Shown here piece after piece: positions 21,667 through 31,646 of a stretch of DNA of 64,000 nucleotides. Within the stretch, counting starts at the first letter, position 1, and each line of letters starts with the position of its first letter. The translations under genes and the position numbers were made by a program. The DNA is from Alphaproteobacteria bacterium MarineAlpha5_Bin9 (GTDB lineage Bacteria; Pseudomonadota; Alphaproteobacteria; HIMB59; GCA-002718135), in assembly GCA_002937895.1 (NCBI GenBank), contig PTKV01000010.1, positions 833 to 64,832 of the forward strand. Direction: 5' to 3'. Below the pieces are notes generated by a model. The model saw only the letters and a program-made list of their open reading frames with translations, made no database searches and had not been told where the DNA came from.

Positions 21667-22718
21667 TTTTATCTAGCGCTATTCTAGAAATAAATTTAAA
21701 AAATTTATCATATAACTATAAATATTTAAAAAAATTAAATAATAATTTTGAAACAGCTGCAACTATTAAAGCCAATGCATATGGACTAGGAGATAAAAAA
21801 ATTATGCAAACTTTATATAAAGCTGGATGTAAACATTTTTTTGTAGCAACATTAAATGAAGCTATTAATCTAAGAAAAACTAATAAATTAGGCAAAATTT
21901 ACATATTAAATGGAATATCGAAAAAACCTAATTTCAATCTGAAAAAATTAAAAATAATACCTATTGTAAATTCAATATCAAATTTAAATAAGTTAAACAA
22001 AAATAACAGATATACAGAATTTGGGATTCATTTTGACACAGGTATAAATAGATTGGGATTAAATAATTCAAAATTAAACAATAAATTTAACAAAAATTTA
22101 ATTTTAATAATGTCTCATTATGCAAGTGCTGATGAAATAAAAAATAAATATAATTCTTTTCAATATAATCAATTTTTAAGAATAATTAAAAACTATGATC
22201 ATAAAATATTAAAAAGTTTAAATAATTCTGCAGGTTTATCTAATAAAAATAAACTTTTCCAAGATTTAGCTAGACCAGGAATATCTCTATATGGTGGACA
22301 TAATAAAACAATTATAAAAAAAAAGATAAAACCAGTTATAAAATTAAAAGCAGAAGTATTACAAATAAAAAATTTAAGTAAAAATCAATATGTTGGATAT
22401 AATCAAACTTTTAAAACAAAAAGGAATATAAAAATAGCTATTGTAGGAATTGGTTATGCAGATGGCGTATCTAGATCTCTGAGCAACAAAGGTTATTTAT
22501 ATTACAAAAACATGAAATTTAAAATAATTGGCAGAATTTCAATGGATACGATAACCATAGATATTACTAAAAGTAAAATAAAAATAAAAACAGGAATGTT
22601 TTTAGATATTATCAATTATAAATATGACATTGAGAATATGGCAAATAAATGCTCCACTATTAGCAACGAAATTTTAACGTCTATTTCAAATAGAGTTGAG
22701 AGAGTTTATATAAAATAA
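21663..22718 (+). CDS. alr: Alanine racemase
   Basis: PLP-Lys motif ATIKANAYGLG and a C-terminal beta domain (GRISMDTITIDIT). The dnaB-alr adjacency is classical. Confidence 0.85.
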   Translation: MILSSAILEINLKNLSYNYKYLKKLNNNFETAATIKANAYGLGDKKIMQTLYKAGCKHFFVATLNEAINLRKTNKLGKIYILNGISKKPNFNLKKLKIIPIVNSISNLNKLNKNNRYTEFGIHFDTGINRLGLNNSKLNNKFNKNLILIMSHYASADEIKNKYNSFQYNQFLRIIKNYDHKILKSLNNSAGLSNKNKLFQDLARPGISLYGGHNKTIIKKKIKPVIKLKAEVLQIKNLSKNQYVGYNQTFKTKRNIKIAIVGIGYADGVSRSLSNKGYLYYKNMKFKIIGRISMDTITIDITKSKIKIKTGMFLDIINYKYDIENMANKCSTISNEILTSISNRVERVYIK

Positions 22719-22725
22719 TATAATT

Positions 22726-25128
22726 ATGAATAAAACAATTCAATTATTTTTATCTTTTTTAACTTTAATTTTTTTTATATATTTTTCATTTCATTTTAAA
22801 ATTGATGCTTCATCCGATACTTTAATTTTACAAAATGATGAAGATTTTAAATTCTTTAATAAATACAATAAAATATTTCCAAACAAAAACTTTTTAGTTT
22901 TAGCTATAAAATCTAATAATCAAATTGATAATGAATTCATTAAAAATATTAAAATTTTAAGAAATAATTTAATTAATATTGATCAAATTGATAGTATTTT
23001 TACTTTATTAGACGCACCAATATTAATATCCTCAAATTTAAAACTTTCAGATTTAAGTAATACTATTATACCTACATTAAAAGACACAAATATACCTTTA
23101 AATAGGGTTCTAGATGAATTTTCTAAAAGCCCTTTATTTCAAAATCAAATAATTAATAATAAAAAAAACATAACATCATTGATAATCTATCCAAAAGAAA
23201 ATCTTAAGTTTTCAAATTTAAAAAAAGAAAGAGAAGAAATATTAAAAAAATTTAAGAAAAATTCTAAAGAATATAATAATATTAATGAACAGTATAAAAA
23301 TGAAAAATACTTATTTAATCAACAAAGAAATATATTAATAAACAATATTAGAAATAAAATTAATAAATTAGATTTTCCCTATGAAAATTATTTAGGGGGA
23401 ATAGATCTTATTGCTGATGATACTATAACTTACGTGAAAAATGACATTTATACATTTGGAATAACAGTATCATTTTTTCTTATAGTTATTTTATTTTTAT
23501 TTTTTAGAAGTTTAAAATGGGTCTTAATTCCATTAATTGCATCTATTTATTCAATAATTGTAATGATAGGACTAGTTGGTTTTTTAAAATGGGAAATAAC
23601 AGCTATATCAGCAAATTTTATTTCTCTTATGTTAATTTTATCAATTTCAATGAATATACATATAATAAATAGATATAGAATAAACATTTTTCAAAATTCA
23701 GAAACATCTATTTTGATAACTTTAAAAGAAATGTTTTATCCGTGCTTTTATACATCACTAACTACAATAGTTGCATTTGGATCTCTGCTATTTTCAGATA
23801 TTAAACCTATTATTGATTTTGGAAAAATTATGATTATTTCATTGTTAATTATTTTTTTAACATCGTTCACTATTTTACCACTTTTAATTTCTTTAAAATC
23901 TTCAATTAAAAATAATAAAAATTTAATTAATCCACTTAATAATATTTTTTACAATCTTTCTTTAAATAAATCTTATTCTATACTTCTTTTTAATTTAATT
24001 TTTTTTATTTTAAGTATTATAGGAATTAATTTACTAAAAGTAGAAAATAGCTTTATTAATTATTTCAAAAAAAGTTCAGAAATTTATCAAGGAATGAAAT
24101 TAATTGATGAAAACTTAGGAGGAACCACTCCATTAGATATTATAATTAAGTTTCAAGATGATGATATAGATTTTCTAGATAATAATTCGAATGATTCTAA
24201 AGAAGATGAAACAGAAATTGATCTATCTATTGATGGAGATTTATTTAATTCAAATAATTCATCTGGATGGTTTAATGATGATAAATTAGAAGTAATTAAA
24301 TATATTCATAAATATCTTCAAGAAAAAAAAGAAATTGGAAAAGTGCAATCAATTTACTCTTTAATTGAAGTAGCAGAAATGATTAATAAAGACAATTTAG
24401 ATTCATTTACTTTAAATATATTATATAATGAAATTCCTGAAGAATACATAGATCAATTAATTCTGCCATACCTTTCAATAGAGAAAAATATGGTTAAGAT
24501 AAGTGCAAGAATATTAGATTCAAAAGAAATTCAAAGAAATTTACTAATTAAAGAAATAAATGAAAATTTAAAAAATAAGTTTGAAATTGTTGAAGAAATT
24601 AAAGTTAATGGCTTATTAGTACTTTACAACAACATGCTTCAATCTTTATTTATTTCACAAATAAAATCTTTTGGGATTGTTATTTTTATGATTTTTTTAA
24701 TGTTTTTATTATTATTTCAATCTTTTAAACTTAGTATTATAGGAATAATACCAAATATATTTGCCTCATCTTTTATTCTTGGACTAATTGGATTTTTAGG
24801 AATTCCTTTAGATATAATGACTATTACTATAGCTGCAATTACAATAGGAATAGCTGTAGATAATACAATTCATTATATTTACAGTTACAAAAATAATAAG
24901 ATTGTAAATAAATTATCATCAATAAAATCATTGGATGTTTCACATAAAACAGTAGGTCAAGCAATATTGACAACTTCTTTAACAATCTCTTTTGGGTTTT
25001 GTGTACTTGCTTTATCTAATTTTATACCAACAATCTTTTTTGGACTTTTTACAGCATTAGCAATGATTCTTGCCATGTTTGGAGTTTTAATTACAATTCC
25101 ATCAATAATTAAACACTTTAAATTATGA
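22726..25128 (+). CDS. MMPL/RND-superfamily exporter (two 6-TM bundles, HpnN/MmpL-like)
   Basis: 800 aa. N-terminal TM plus soluble loop, a 5-TM cluster, a second acidic soluble loop, and a second 5-6-TM cluster carrying the conserved GIAVDNTIHY-type motif. Substrate unknown. Confidence 0.65.
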   Translation: MNKTIQLFLSFLTLIFFIYFSFHFKIDASSDTLILQNDEDFKFFNKYNKIFPNKNFLVLAIKSNNQIDNEFIKNIKILRNNLINIDQIDSIFTLLDAPILISSNLKLSDLSNTIIPTLKDTNIPLNRVLDEFSKSPLFQNQIINNKKNITSLIIYPKENLKFSNLKKEREEILKKFKKNSKEYNNINEQYKNEKYLFNQQRNILINNIRNKINKLDFPYENYLGGIDLIADDTITYVKNDIYTFGITVSFFLIVILFLFFRSLKWVLIPLIASIYSIIVMIGLVGFLKWEITAISANFISLMLILSISMNIHIINRYRINIFQNSETSILITLKEMFYPCFYTSLTTIVAFGSLLFSDIKPIIDFGKIMIISLLIIFLTSFTILPLLISLKSSIKNNKNLINPLNNIFYNLSLNKSYSILLFNLIFFILSIIGINLLKVENSFINYFKKSSEIYQGMKLIDENLGGTTPLDIIIKFQDDDIDFLDNNSNDSKEDETEIDLSIDGDLFNSNNSSGWFNDDKLEVIKYIHKYLQEKKEIGKVQSIYSLIEVAEMINKDNLDSFTLNILYNEIPEEYIDQLILPYLSIEKNMVKISARILDSKEIQRNLLIKEINENLKNKFEIVEEIKVNGLLVLYNNMLQSLFISQIKSFGIVIFMIFLMFLLLFQSFKLSIIGIIPNIFASSFILGLIGFLGIPLDIMTITIAAITIGIAVDNTIHYIYSYKNNKIVNKLSSIKSLDVSHKTVGQAILTTSLTISFGFCVLALSNFIPTIFFGLFTALAMILAMFGVLITIPSIIKHFKL

Positions 25129-25694
25129 ACTCAATTCTAAACAACTTATATATTTTAGATTATATTTTTTTAATAATTATTTTTATAATAACTTTCTTAT
25201 GTTTGATAAGAGGATTTATTCACTCTATATTAAGTTTATTGACATGGATTGGTTCAATTATTTTAACTTTAAATTTCTATTCTTCTTTATCAAATTTTAT
25301 CGCTTATCAATTAAATAAAATTAATTTTTTTAATAATTTAGATCAATTAACTCAAATAATTGGAATAATTATCTCAATTCCATTATTATTTATATTTTCA
25401 CTAATGGTTCTAAGAAAAATTAGAAAAATTATTAGCTCAGATATTGATCAAGCAACATTGGGTAGAATTTTTGATAAATCTCTTGGATTAATGTATGGTT
25501 TATTATTCAATTACATAATTTTTTCAACAATTATTTTTTTTCTTTCTACATTGAATGAAAACTATTTCTTTTTAAAAGATTTATTAAATTTTTTAATAGA
25601 TAACTCTTTTATAATTAATAATATAAATTATTTAAATGAAACTTATATTTATCAATTTTTACCTAACTTCAGAAACTACGAAGAATTAGGATAA
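25125..25694 (+). CDS. cvpA: CvpA-family inner-membrane protein
   Basis: 189 aa, four hydrophobic helices, N-terminal pattern (DYIFLIIIFIITFLCLIRGFIHSILSL) typical of the Colicin_V/CvpA family. ATGA overlap with the upstream exporter. Confidence 0.6.
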   Translation: MNSILNNLYILDYIFLIIIFIITFLCLIRGFIHSILSLLTWIGSIILTLNFYSSLSNFIAYQLNKINFFNNLDQLTQIIGIIISIPLLFIFSLMVLRKIRKIISSDIDQATLGRIFDKSLGLMYGLLFNYIIFSTIIFFLSTLNENYFFLKDLLNFLIDNSFIINNINYLNETYIYQFLPNFRNYEELG

Positions 25695-25695
25695 A

Positions 25696-27006
25696 TTAAT
25701 TATAAGGATTTTCTGATTTATTAAAAACTAAATTTATATTTTGATTTTTTATTTTAAAATAATTATTAAAATTGTTTTTTAAATATCTGATATAATTTTT
25801 ATTTAATTTATGATTAAAATTACTAAATATTTTAATTGTAATTGGAGAATCTTTTACTTTAAGTGCATATTTAAATTTCACATTTTTTTTATCAATTAAT
25901 GGATGTTTATATTTTTTTGTAGCCTCATTTAACCATTTATTAATAATACTCGTTGTAATATTAACATTTGAACTAGTAAGATTTAAATAAATATATTTTA
26001 GAATTTTTTTTACATCAGTTTTAATAAATGAAGATATAAAAAATATTTCGATATTTTTAATTTGATGTAAATCATTTTTTATATCTAATTTAATTTGATT
26101 TTTGTAAAATTTTTTATCTAAAATTAAATCTATTTTATTAAAGATAATAGCTAAATATTTTGATCGTTGAGAAATTAATTTGATTATTCTCTTATCTTGT
26201 CTATCAAAATTTTTTTTTGAATCTATTAAAATTATTGAAAAATCTATTTCGTGCATTTTACTAATTGTTTTTTTTATCGATAATTCACTAATACTTTGAT
26301 TTATAATTTTAGATTTTCTTCCTATACCAGCTGTATCATAAATTTTAAATTTTAAATCTTTGTAAATAAAATTTTCAGAAACATAGTCAGAAGTAGTTCC
26401 AGCTTTAGAATCAGTAATTGATCTTTCATATCCTAATAAAGAATTCATAAAAGTACTTTTACCAGCATTAGGTTTGCCAAATATCGCTAAAATATAATCA
26501 TAATTATTTGATATTTTGATATTTTTAGATTTAGAATTAATTTTAAAAACAAATTTTTTTAAATTATCAAATCCAGTATTATGTGAGCATGAAATAAAAT
26601 AATATTCATCAATTCTATATTTTAATATTTCAGCTATTTTTTGATTTTTATTGTCATTTTTATTAGCTATTAAAATACAAGTTTTATTTAATTGTCTTAT
26701 TTTTTTTAGTATTAATTGATCATTTATAGTAAATAAATCATTATGATCCACAACAAATAATATTGTATCTATATTTGAAATTAAATTTTTAATTATTAGA
26801 ATATTTTTCTTATTTATTTTATCTTTAGAAATTAAATTTAAGCCAGGAGTATCATATATAAAGTCTTCAGATCTTGATATCTTAGATTTATGCCAATCTT
26901 TTGTAGTGTTTGATTCAAAATGAGTAATATTTTTATTTTTTGAAGTTAAAATATTAAAGATTGAGGTTTTTCCTACATTACTATTTCCTATTAAAATATA
27001 TTTCAT
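25696..27006 (-). CDS. der: Ribosome-associated GTPase Der/EngA
   Basis: Two tandem G domains (GNSNVGKTS...DTPG; GKPNAGKST...DTAG...NKID) and a KH-like C-terminus. Confidence 0.9.
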   Translation of the reverse strand: MKYILIGNSNVGKTSIFNILTSKNKNITHFESNTTKDWHKSKISRSEDFIYDTPGLNLISKDKINKKNILIIKNLISNIDTILFVVDHNDLFTINDQLILKKIRQLNKTCILIANKNDNKNQKIAEILKYRIDEYYFISCSHNTGFDNLKKFVFKINSKSKNIKISNNYDYILAIFGKPNAGKSTFMNSLLGYERSITDSKAGTTSDYVSENFIYKDLKFKIYDTAGIGRKSKIINQSISELSIKKTISKMHEIDFSIILIDSKKNFDRQDKRIIKLISQRSKYLAIIFNKIDLILDKKFYKNQIKLDIKNDLHQIKNIEIFFISSFIKTDVKKILKYIYLNLTSSNVNITTSIINKWLNEATKKYKHPLIDKKNVKFKYALKVKDSPITIKIFSNFNHKLNKNYIRYLKNNFNNYFKIKNQNINLVFNKSENPYN

Positions 27007-28268
27007 TTTTTAAATATTAAATTTTTGGAATTTTTTTGTGAAAAAATATAAAAATCTTTATTAAAAGTTATACTATCCAGGTTATTAATTTTTAAATTTA
27101 ATTTATCGAGAATAGAACCATTTGTTTTATCAATATTTAATAATGTACCATCATTTAATATCATATGTAAAAACTGATCATTAACTGATACATATGTAAT
27201 ATGATTTTTTTCAAGATCTATTTGATTTAAATCAATTGTCCAAAAAATATTGTTATTTTTAATGTTATATACTTTTAGAATATTACTATTATCAATAACA
27301 AATAAACTGTTATTTTTAAAAAGAAATGATTTGATATTTTTAAATTGCTCATTAAAAATTAAAAATTTTTGATTATCTAAATCATATGAATATAAATTTT
27401 TATTATCCTCTAATATGACAAAAATATTATCATATATATGGATTGTTGATTGATAATTATATGATAATAAATTGTTTTGATTTATTTCTGATAAAAAATT
27501 TAATTCATTTTGCTCACCCATAATCATATCTACTGAAGTAGTTATTCCATTTGGTAGTTTAAAAAATATAAAATTTTTATACACTTGAAGATCTCCACCT
27601 GTTGATAAAGATGGTTTATCTAATTCATATTTATATTCCCATTCAATATCACCATTCTCTGTATTAATGGACATAATTTTATTGGTATTAAAAATAATAA
27701 TCAGTTTATTTTCATAAATTTTTATTGGAGTTCTTAAAATTTGATTTAGTTCTTTTTTCCATATTAATTTTAAATCTTTAGTGAATTTAATAATCGTGCC
27801 ATTTCCTAAGGCTATAAAATAATGATTTTTATCTTTAGATATAAATGCAGGAAATAATTCATTATTTACCTTTTCAATAATTTGATATTTATTTTTACTT
27901 TCTAAATTAATAAGATCAATAATATTTAATTGACCTTTCTTATTAATGAAAAGAAGAGAATTATTATCTATTAATATTGAAGAAGATTTAGCAAATAATT
28001 TTTCATCATTTCCAATTGAAAATTTAAATACTTGATCAAAATTTGACGAAAATGACCATTTATAATAATCATTTCTATTATAATAATCTTTAATTAAAGG
28101 GTCTTCTTGATTAATAATGTCGTTATGAATAAAATCATTTTGTTCATAAACTTCATTATTTTTATCATTATATTGAACCATTTCATTTTTTTCTGAATTT
28201 GAGCACGAAAATAGAAAAGTAAAAAAAAATGCTAATATTAAATATTTATTGATATTTATTAAATTCAT
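27003..28268 (-). CDS. bamB: Outer-membrane assembly lipoprotein BamB-like (beta-propeller)
   Basis: Lipobox FLFSCS and repeated propeller-blade-like segments. Sits between a YfgM-like gene and der, the conserved yfgM-bamB-der order. Sequence is very divergent. Confidence 0.6.
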   Translation of the reverse strand: MNLININKYLILAFFFTFLFSCSNSEKNEMVQYNDKNNEVYEQNDFIHNDIINQEDPLIKDYYNRNDYYKWSFSSNFDQVFKFSIGNDEKLFAKSSSILIDNNSLLFINKKGQLNIIDLINLESKNKYQIIEKVNNELFPAFISKDKNHYFIALGNGTIIKFTKDLKLIWKKELNQILRTPIKIYENKLIIIFNTNKIMSINTENGDIEWEYKYELDKPSLSTGGDLQVYKNFIFFKLPNGITTSVDMIMGEQNELNFLSEINQNNLLSYNYQSTIHIYDNIFVILEDNKNLYSYDLDNQKFLIFNEQFKNIKSFLFKNNSLFVIDNSNILKVYNIKNNNIFWTIDLNQIDLEKNHITYVSVNDQFLHMILNDGTLLNIDKTNGSILDKLNLKINNLDSITFNKDFYIFSQKNSKNLIFKK

Positions 28269-28854
28269 TTAATTTTTTAACTCTTTCTTTAATGCTTGTT
28301 GAAATTAAAGCATCATTCATAATTTGCTCTGAAAGAATTTTTATATCTGTTTTATTATTTTCCTTTAGAGCTAAGAGAAATAAGATTTCATTTTTATAAC
28401 CTTTAAATGATACATCATCATTGTTGATATTGTTAATTAAATCAATTATTTTCTCTTTTGATAAATACTCAATTAAATTATACGCAGCATGTATTGAAAT
28501 TATACTTTTATAATTCTTATCTATGTTTTTTTTATTTAATAATTGTTCATATTTTTTATAAGCATCATCGTAATTTGAATTTTTAATATCATTTTTGATA
28601 ATTTCTAATGAAGCAAATATTCCATATATATTTTTTTCTTTAGATATTTCCTGCATTTGACTTATAAATGAAGATGTATTAGTTATATTTAAAGTTTCAT
28701 CAAATTTAACACTTGTATGCATAATATTATTTTGTTTTTGATAAAAATAATACTGAAAGATAATTAAAATTAATAGTATAGCTAGAAAAAAATATATTAT
28801 AAAAATATATTTTTCTTTAACTGTTTTAATTATACTATTAAGAATATTACTCAT
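28246..28854 (-). CDS. YfgM-like membrane-anchored helical (TPR-like) protein
   Basis: 202 aa with a single N-terminal TM (IFIIYFFLAILLILIIFQYYFY) followed by a helical-repeat domain. Located directly upstream of bamB. Confidence 0.5.
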   Translation of the reverse strand: MSNILNSIIKTVKEKYIFIIYFFLAILLILIIFQYYFYQKQNNIMHTSVKFDETLNITNTSSFISQMQEISKEKNIYGIFASLEIIKNDIKNSNYDDAYKKYEQLLNKKNIDKNYKSIISIHAAYNLIEYLSKEKIIDLINNINNDDVSFKGYKNEILFLLALKENNKTDIKILSEQIMNDALISTSIKERVKKLNEFNKYQ

Positions 28855-29401
28855 CTCTCCACTTAATTGAACAGCCCATACTATTATTTTGATTTATAGG
28901 TCCTTTGTTCGTATCTTTAATTAATTTCATTGCTGAATATAATTCCCTAGAAATTTCTTTTTCATTATTGTTCATTGTCCCTGAGTCTATTCTTCCTCGA
29001 TATTGAAGTTCGAGATTCTTATTAAAACCAAAAAAATCTGGAGTACATTGAGCATTATAAATTTTTGCAATTTGTTGAGTTTCGTCATACAAATATTGAA
29101 ATTGAAATTTATACTTTTGAGAAAAAATTTTCATATTGTCAAATGAATCATCCGGATATTTATTTGTATCATTGGACATAATTGCAATAGTATTGATATC
29201 ATATTTAGATAATTCTTTTGCTTCAAAAGATAATCTATCAGCTATGGCTTTAACATATGGGCAATGATTACAAATGAATGCAATAACAGTTCCATTAACT
29301 CCTTTTAAGTCATTTAATGAATAAGTATTCTCATCTATTGATTTTAATTTAAAATCAAAAGCTTTCCAGCCAAAATTACAATTCAAAGAATTTACAACCA
29401 T
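28847..29401 (-). CDS. Thioredoxin-fold protein (PRX-like/AhpC-TSA-like family)
   Basis: 184 aa with a CNHCPYV redox-type motif in a thioredoxin-fold context and a C-terminal GCSIKW. Confidence 0.65.
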   Translation of the reverse strand: MVVNSLNCNFGWKAFDFKLKSIDENTYSLNDLKGVNGTVIAFICNHCPYVKAIADRLSFEAKELSKYDINTIAIMSNDTNKYPDDSFDNMKIFSQKYKFQFQYLYDETQQIAKIYNAQCTPDFFGFNKNLELQYRGRIDSGTMNNNEKEISRELYSAMKLIKDTNKGPINQNNSMGCSIKWRDE

Positions 29402-29435
29402 TTTTGTATTTTAATGTTATAATTAAATATTATTA

Positions 29436-29762
29436 ATGTCTTTGATCCCTTTAACATCTTACCAATTTAATCACAATTCTAAAATATATTTTTCAAAATA
29501 TGAACTAAATTTAATATTAGAATGCTATTCTTTTGGTGTATCCACAGGAGAATGGAAAGATTATTCTATAAATTTTGATAAACATAGTGCAAAGTTTTGT
29601 TTTTATAAAAATACGTCGTCATTTCCTGAATATTCACTAATCAAAAAAAATGTCAAAAAACCATATACTTTGAAGTTTAAGGGAAAATTACAAATATCAA
29701 AAAATAACATTAATGAAATTATATTTTTTTTAAAAAGAAAAAATATAAAGATTTTACAATAA
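29436..29762 (+). CDS. Small conserved hypothetical protein (possibly DUF2794-like)
   Basis: 108 aa ORF filling an otherwise empty interval. The segment YFSKYELNLILECYSFGVSTGEWKDYSI resembles a small alphaproteobacterial family as I remember it; unverified. Confidence 0.45.
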   Translation: MSLIPLTSYQFNHNSKIYFSKYELNLILECYSFGVSTGEWKDYSINFDKHSAKFCFYKNTSSFPEYSLIKKNVKKPYTLKFKGKLQISKNNINEIIFFLKRKNIKILQ

Positions 29763-30362
29763 AGTATTTTCAGTCCGAAAATACCCCTTAGCTATAAAAT
29801 AAATTTCTGATGACTCACTTCTAGATGATTTGGGTTTAAATTCTTTTACTGTTTTAAAATTTTTTTTTAAATTGTTGATTAATTCTATATCTTTACTCCC
29901 TCTCCAAATTTTGAAAACTAGTGAACCATTTTTTTTTAAAATCAGTTTTGATATGTCAATAATATTATTTACAAGAGACATAATTCTTAAATGATCTGTG
30001 CTTTTATGTCCAGTTGTATTAGGAGCAACATCTGAGAGAACTAAATCAAAATAATTTTTACAAGAATTAAAATCATATTCTAAAAAATTTTTTTTATGAA
30101 ATAATATTTTTTTATTTTGAAATTGCATCGGTAATAAATCAAAGCAATATATTTTTACTCTATGATTTCTGGAACAAATAATTTGAGACCATCCTCCTGG
30201 AGATGACCCAAATTCAGCTATAGTATTCGATTTTAAAATTAAATTAAATTTTTCATCTATCTCAATAAGCTTAAAAGCTGACCTAGATACATATCCAAGA
30301 GATTTAGCTTTTTTAACATAAAAATCATAATTTTGTCGTTGTATCCATTCTTTAGATTTCAT
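29754..30362 (-). CDS. rlmE: 23S rRNA (uridine2552-2'-O)-methyltransferase
   Basis: FtsJ motifs RSAFKLIEIDEKF, GSSPGGWSQ and DVAPNTTG. Confidence 0.9.
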   Translation of the reverse strand: MKSKEWIQRQNYDFYVKKAKSLGYVSRSAFKLIEIDEKFNLILKSNTIAEFGSSPGGWSQIICSRNHRVKIYCFDLLPMQFQNKKILFHKKNFLEYDFNSCKNYFDLVLSDVAPNTTGHKSTDHLRIMSLVNNIIDISKLILKKNGSLVFKIWRGSKDIELINNLKKNFKTVKEFKPKSSRSESSEIYFIAKGYFRTENTLL

Positions 30363-30418
30363 AAATAATATGTTGTTTTATTAAAATAATAAAATATATA
30401 ATCCAATTATATAGTATT

Positions 30419-31642
30419 ATGAGAAAATCCTTAATAATTTCGTTTATAATCATTATTGCTGTTATAGGATGGTTTGCATCAGGTTATTATTCTAATGGTT
30501 CTAAATATTCAGAGCAAGCTAAAAACAATGATAATTCTCAAAACAAAGTAGAAGAAACCAATGATGATAAAGCTATTAAAGTTGAATCTACTTTATCTAT
30601 AGCTCAAAAAGTAGATCAATCTATTTATTTACAAGGACAAACTATTGAAAATAGAAAAATAGAAATAAAATCAAAAACTGCTGGAAATATAATTATTAAA
30701 AATTTTAAAAGAGGTCAAATTGTAAGACCTGAAAGTCTTCTTGCTCAAATTTCTATGGAAGACAGAAAAGAGCTATTAAGTAGTTTTGAAAAAGAATTAA
30801 AAAAAATAAAGAAAGAAATTTTATTAAATAAAGAAAAAAAAGAAAATAATTCTATAAAAGTAATTGAACAAATTAATTTATATGAAATTGAATATAATTC
30901 TGCAAAAGAATTAATTAATAAAGGTCTTGGTTCAAAATCAAAATTAAGTCTCGCTTCCTTTAATTTGGCTCAAGCTAAATCTAATCTAAAAGACATTGAA
31001 TTAAATTATGAATCACAAAGTGTAAATTTAGAATCTCAACTTGAAAACATAAAATCAAGAATTAAAAATATTAATATTGATATAAATAATACTAATATTT
31101 ACCCTCCTTTTACTGGAATAATAGAAAAAAATTATGTTGAAATTGGTGATTTTGTTCGTCAGGGAGATATTCTTTTTAATATTGTTGATTTAAATCCTAT
31201 TAAAATTCAAGGATATTTATCAGAAAATGATGTCAATAAAGTTAAATTGGGTACAAAAACAAACATAGAAATTAATTCTATTAATAAAATTGGTGAAGTA
31301 ACTTTTATTTCTCCTGTGGCAGAAGTGAATACAAGAACTTTTGAATTCATTATTGAGGCAAATAACGATGATCTTTCTTTTAAAAGTGGTTTAACTGCAT
31401 CAATAATTATTAATATAGAATCAGTTCAAGCGCACAAAATACCACCATCAATTTTATCTCTTGATGATGAAGGGACTGTTGGTATTAAAGCTATAGAAAA
31501 TAATAAAGTTGTGTTCTTTCCTACAAAAAGAATTAAAGATACTATTGATGGAATGTGGGTTTCTGGACTTCCAAGAGAAGTAATAATTATAACCGCTGGT
31601 CAGGAATATGTTACAGTTGGTCAAAATATAAAATATAATTAA
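30419..31642 (+). CDS. RND efflux periplasmic adaptor (membrane fusion protein)
   Basis: 407 aa with an N-terminal TM anchor, a long coiled-coil hairpin, lipoyl and beta-barrel regions (PFTGIIEKNYVEIGDFVRQGDILFNIVD). Ends 4 nt before the RND permease. Confidence 0.8.
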   Translation: MRKSLIISFIIIIAVIGWFASGYYSNGSKYSEQAKNNDNSQNKVEETNDDKAIKVESTLSIAQKVDQSIYLQGQTIENRKIEIKSKTAGNIIIKNFKRGQIVRPESLLAQISMEDRKELLSSFEKELKKIKKEILLNKEKKENNSIKVIEQINLYEIEYNSAKELINKGLGSKSKLSLASFNLAQAKSNLKDIELNYESQSVNLESQLENIKSRIKNINIDINNTNIYPPFTGIIEKNYVEIGDFVRQGDILFNIVDLNPIKIQGYLSENDVNKVKLGTKTNIEINSINKIGEVTFISPVAEVNTRTFEFIIEANNDDLSFKSGLTASIIINIESVQAHKIPPSILSLDDEGTVGIKAIENNKVVFFPTKRIKDTIDGMWVSGLPREVIIITAGQEYVTVGQNIKYN

Positions 31643-31646
31643 TATA

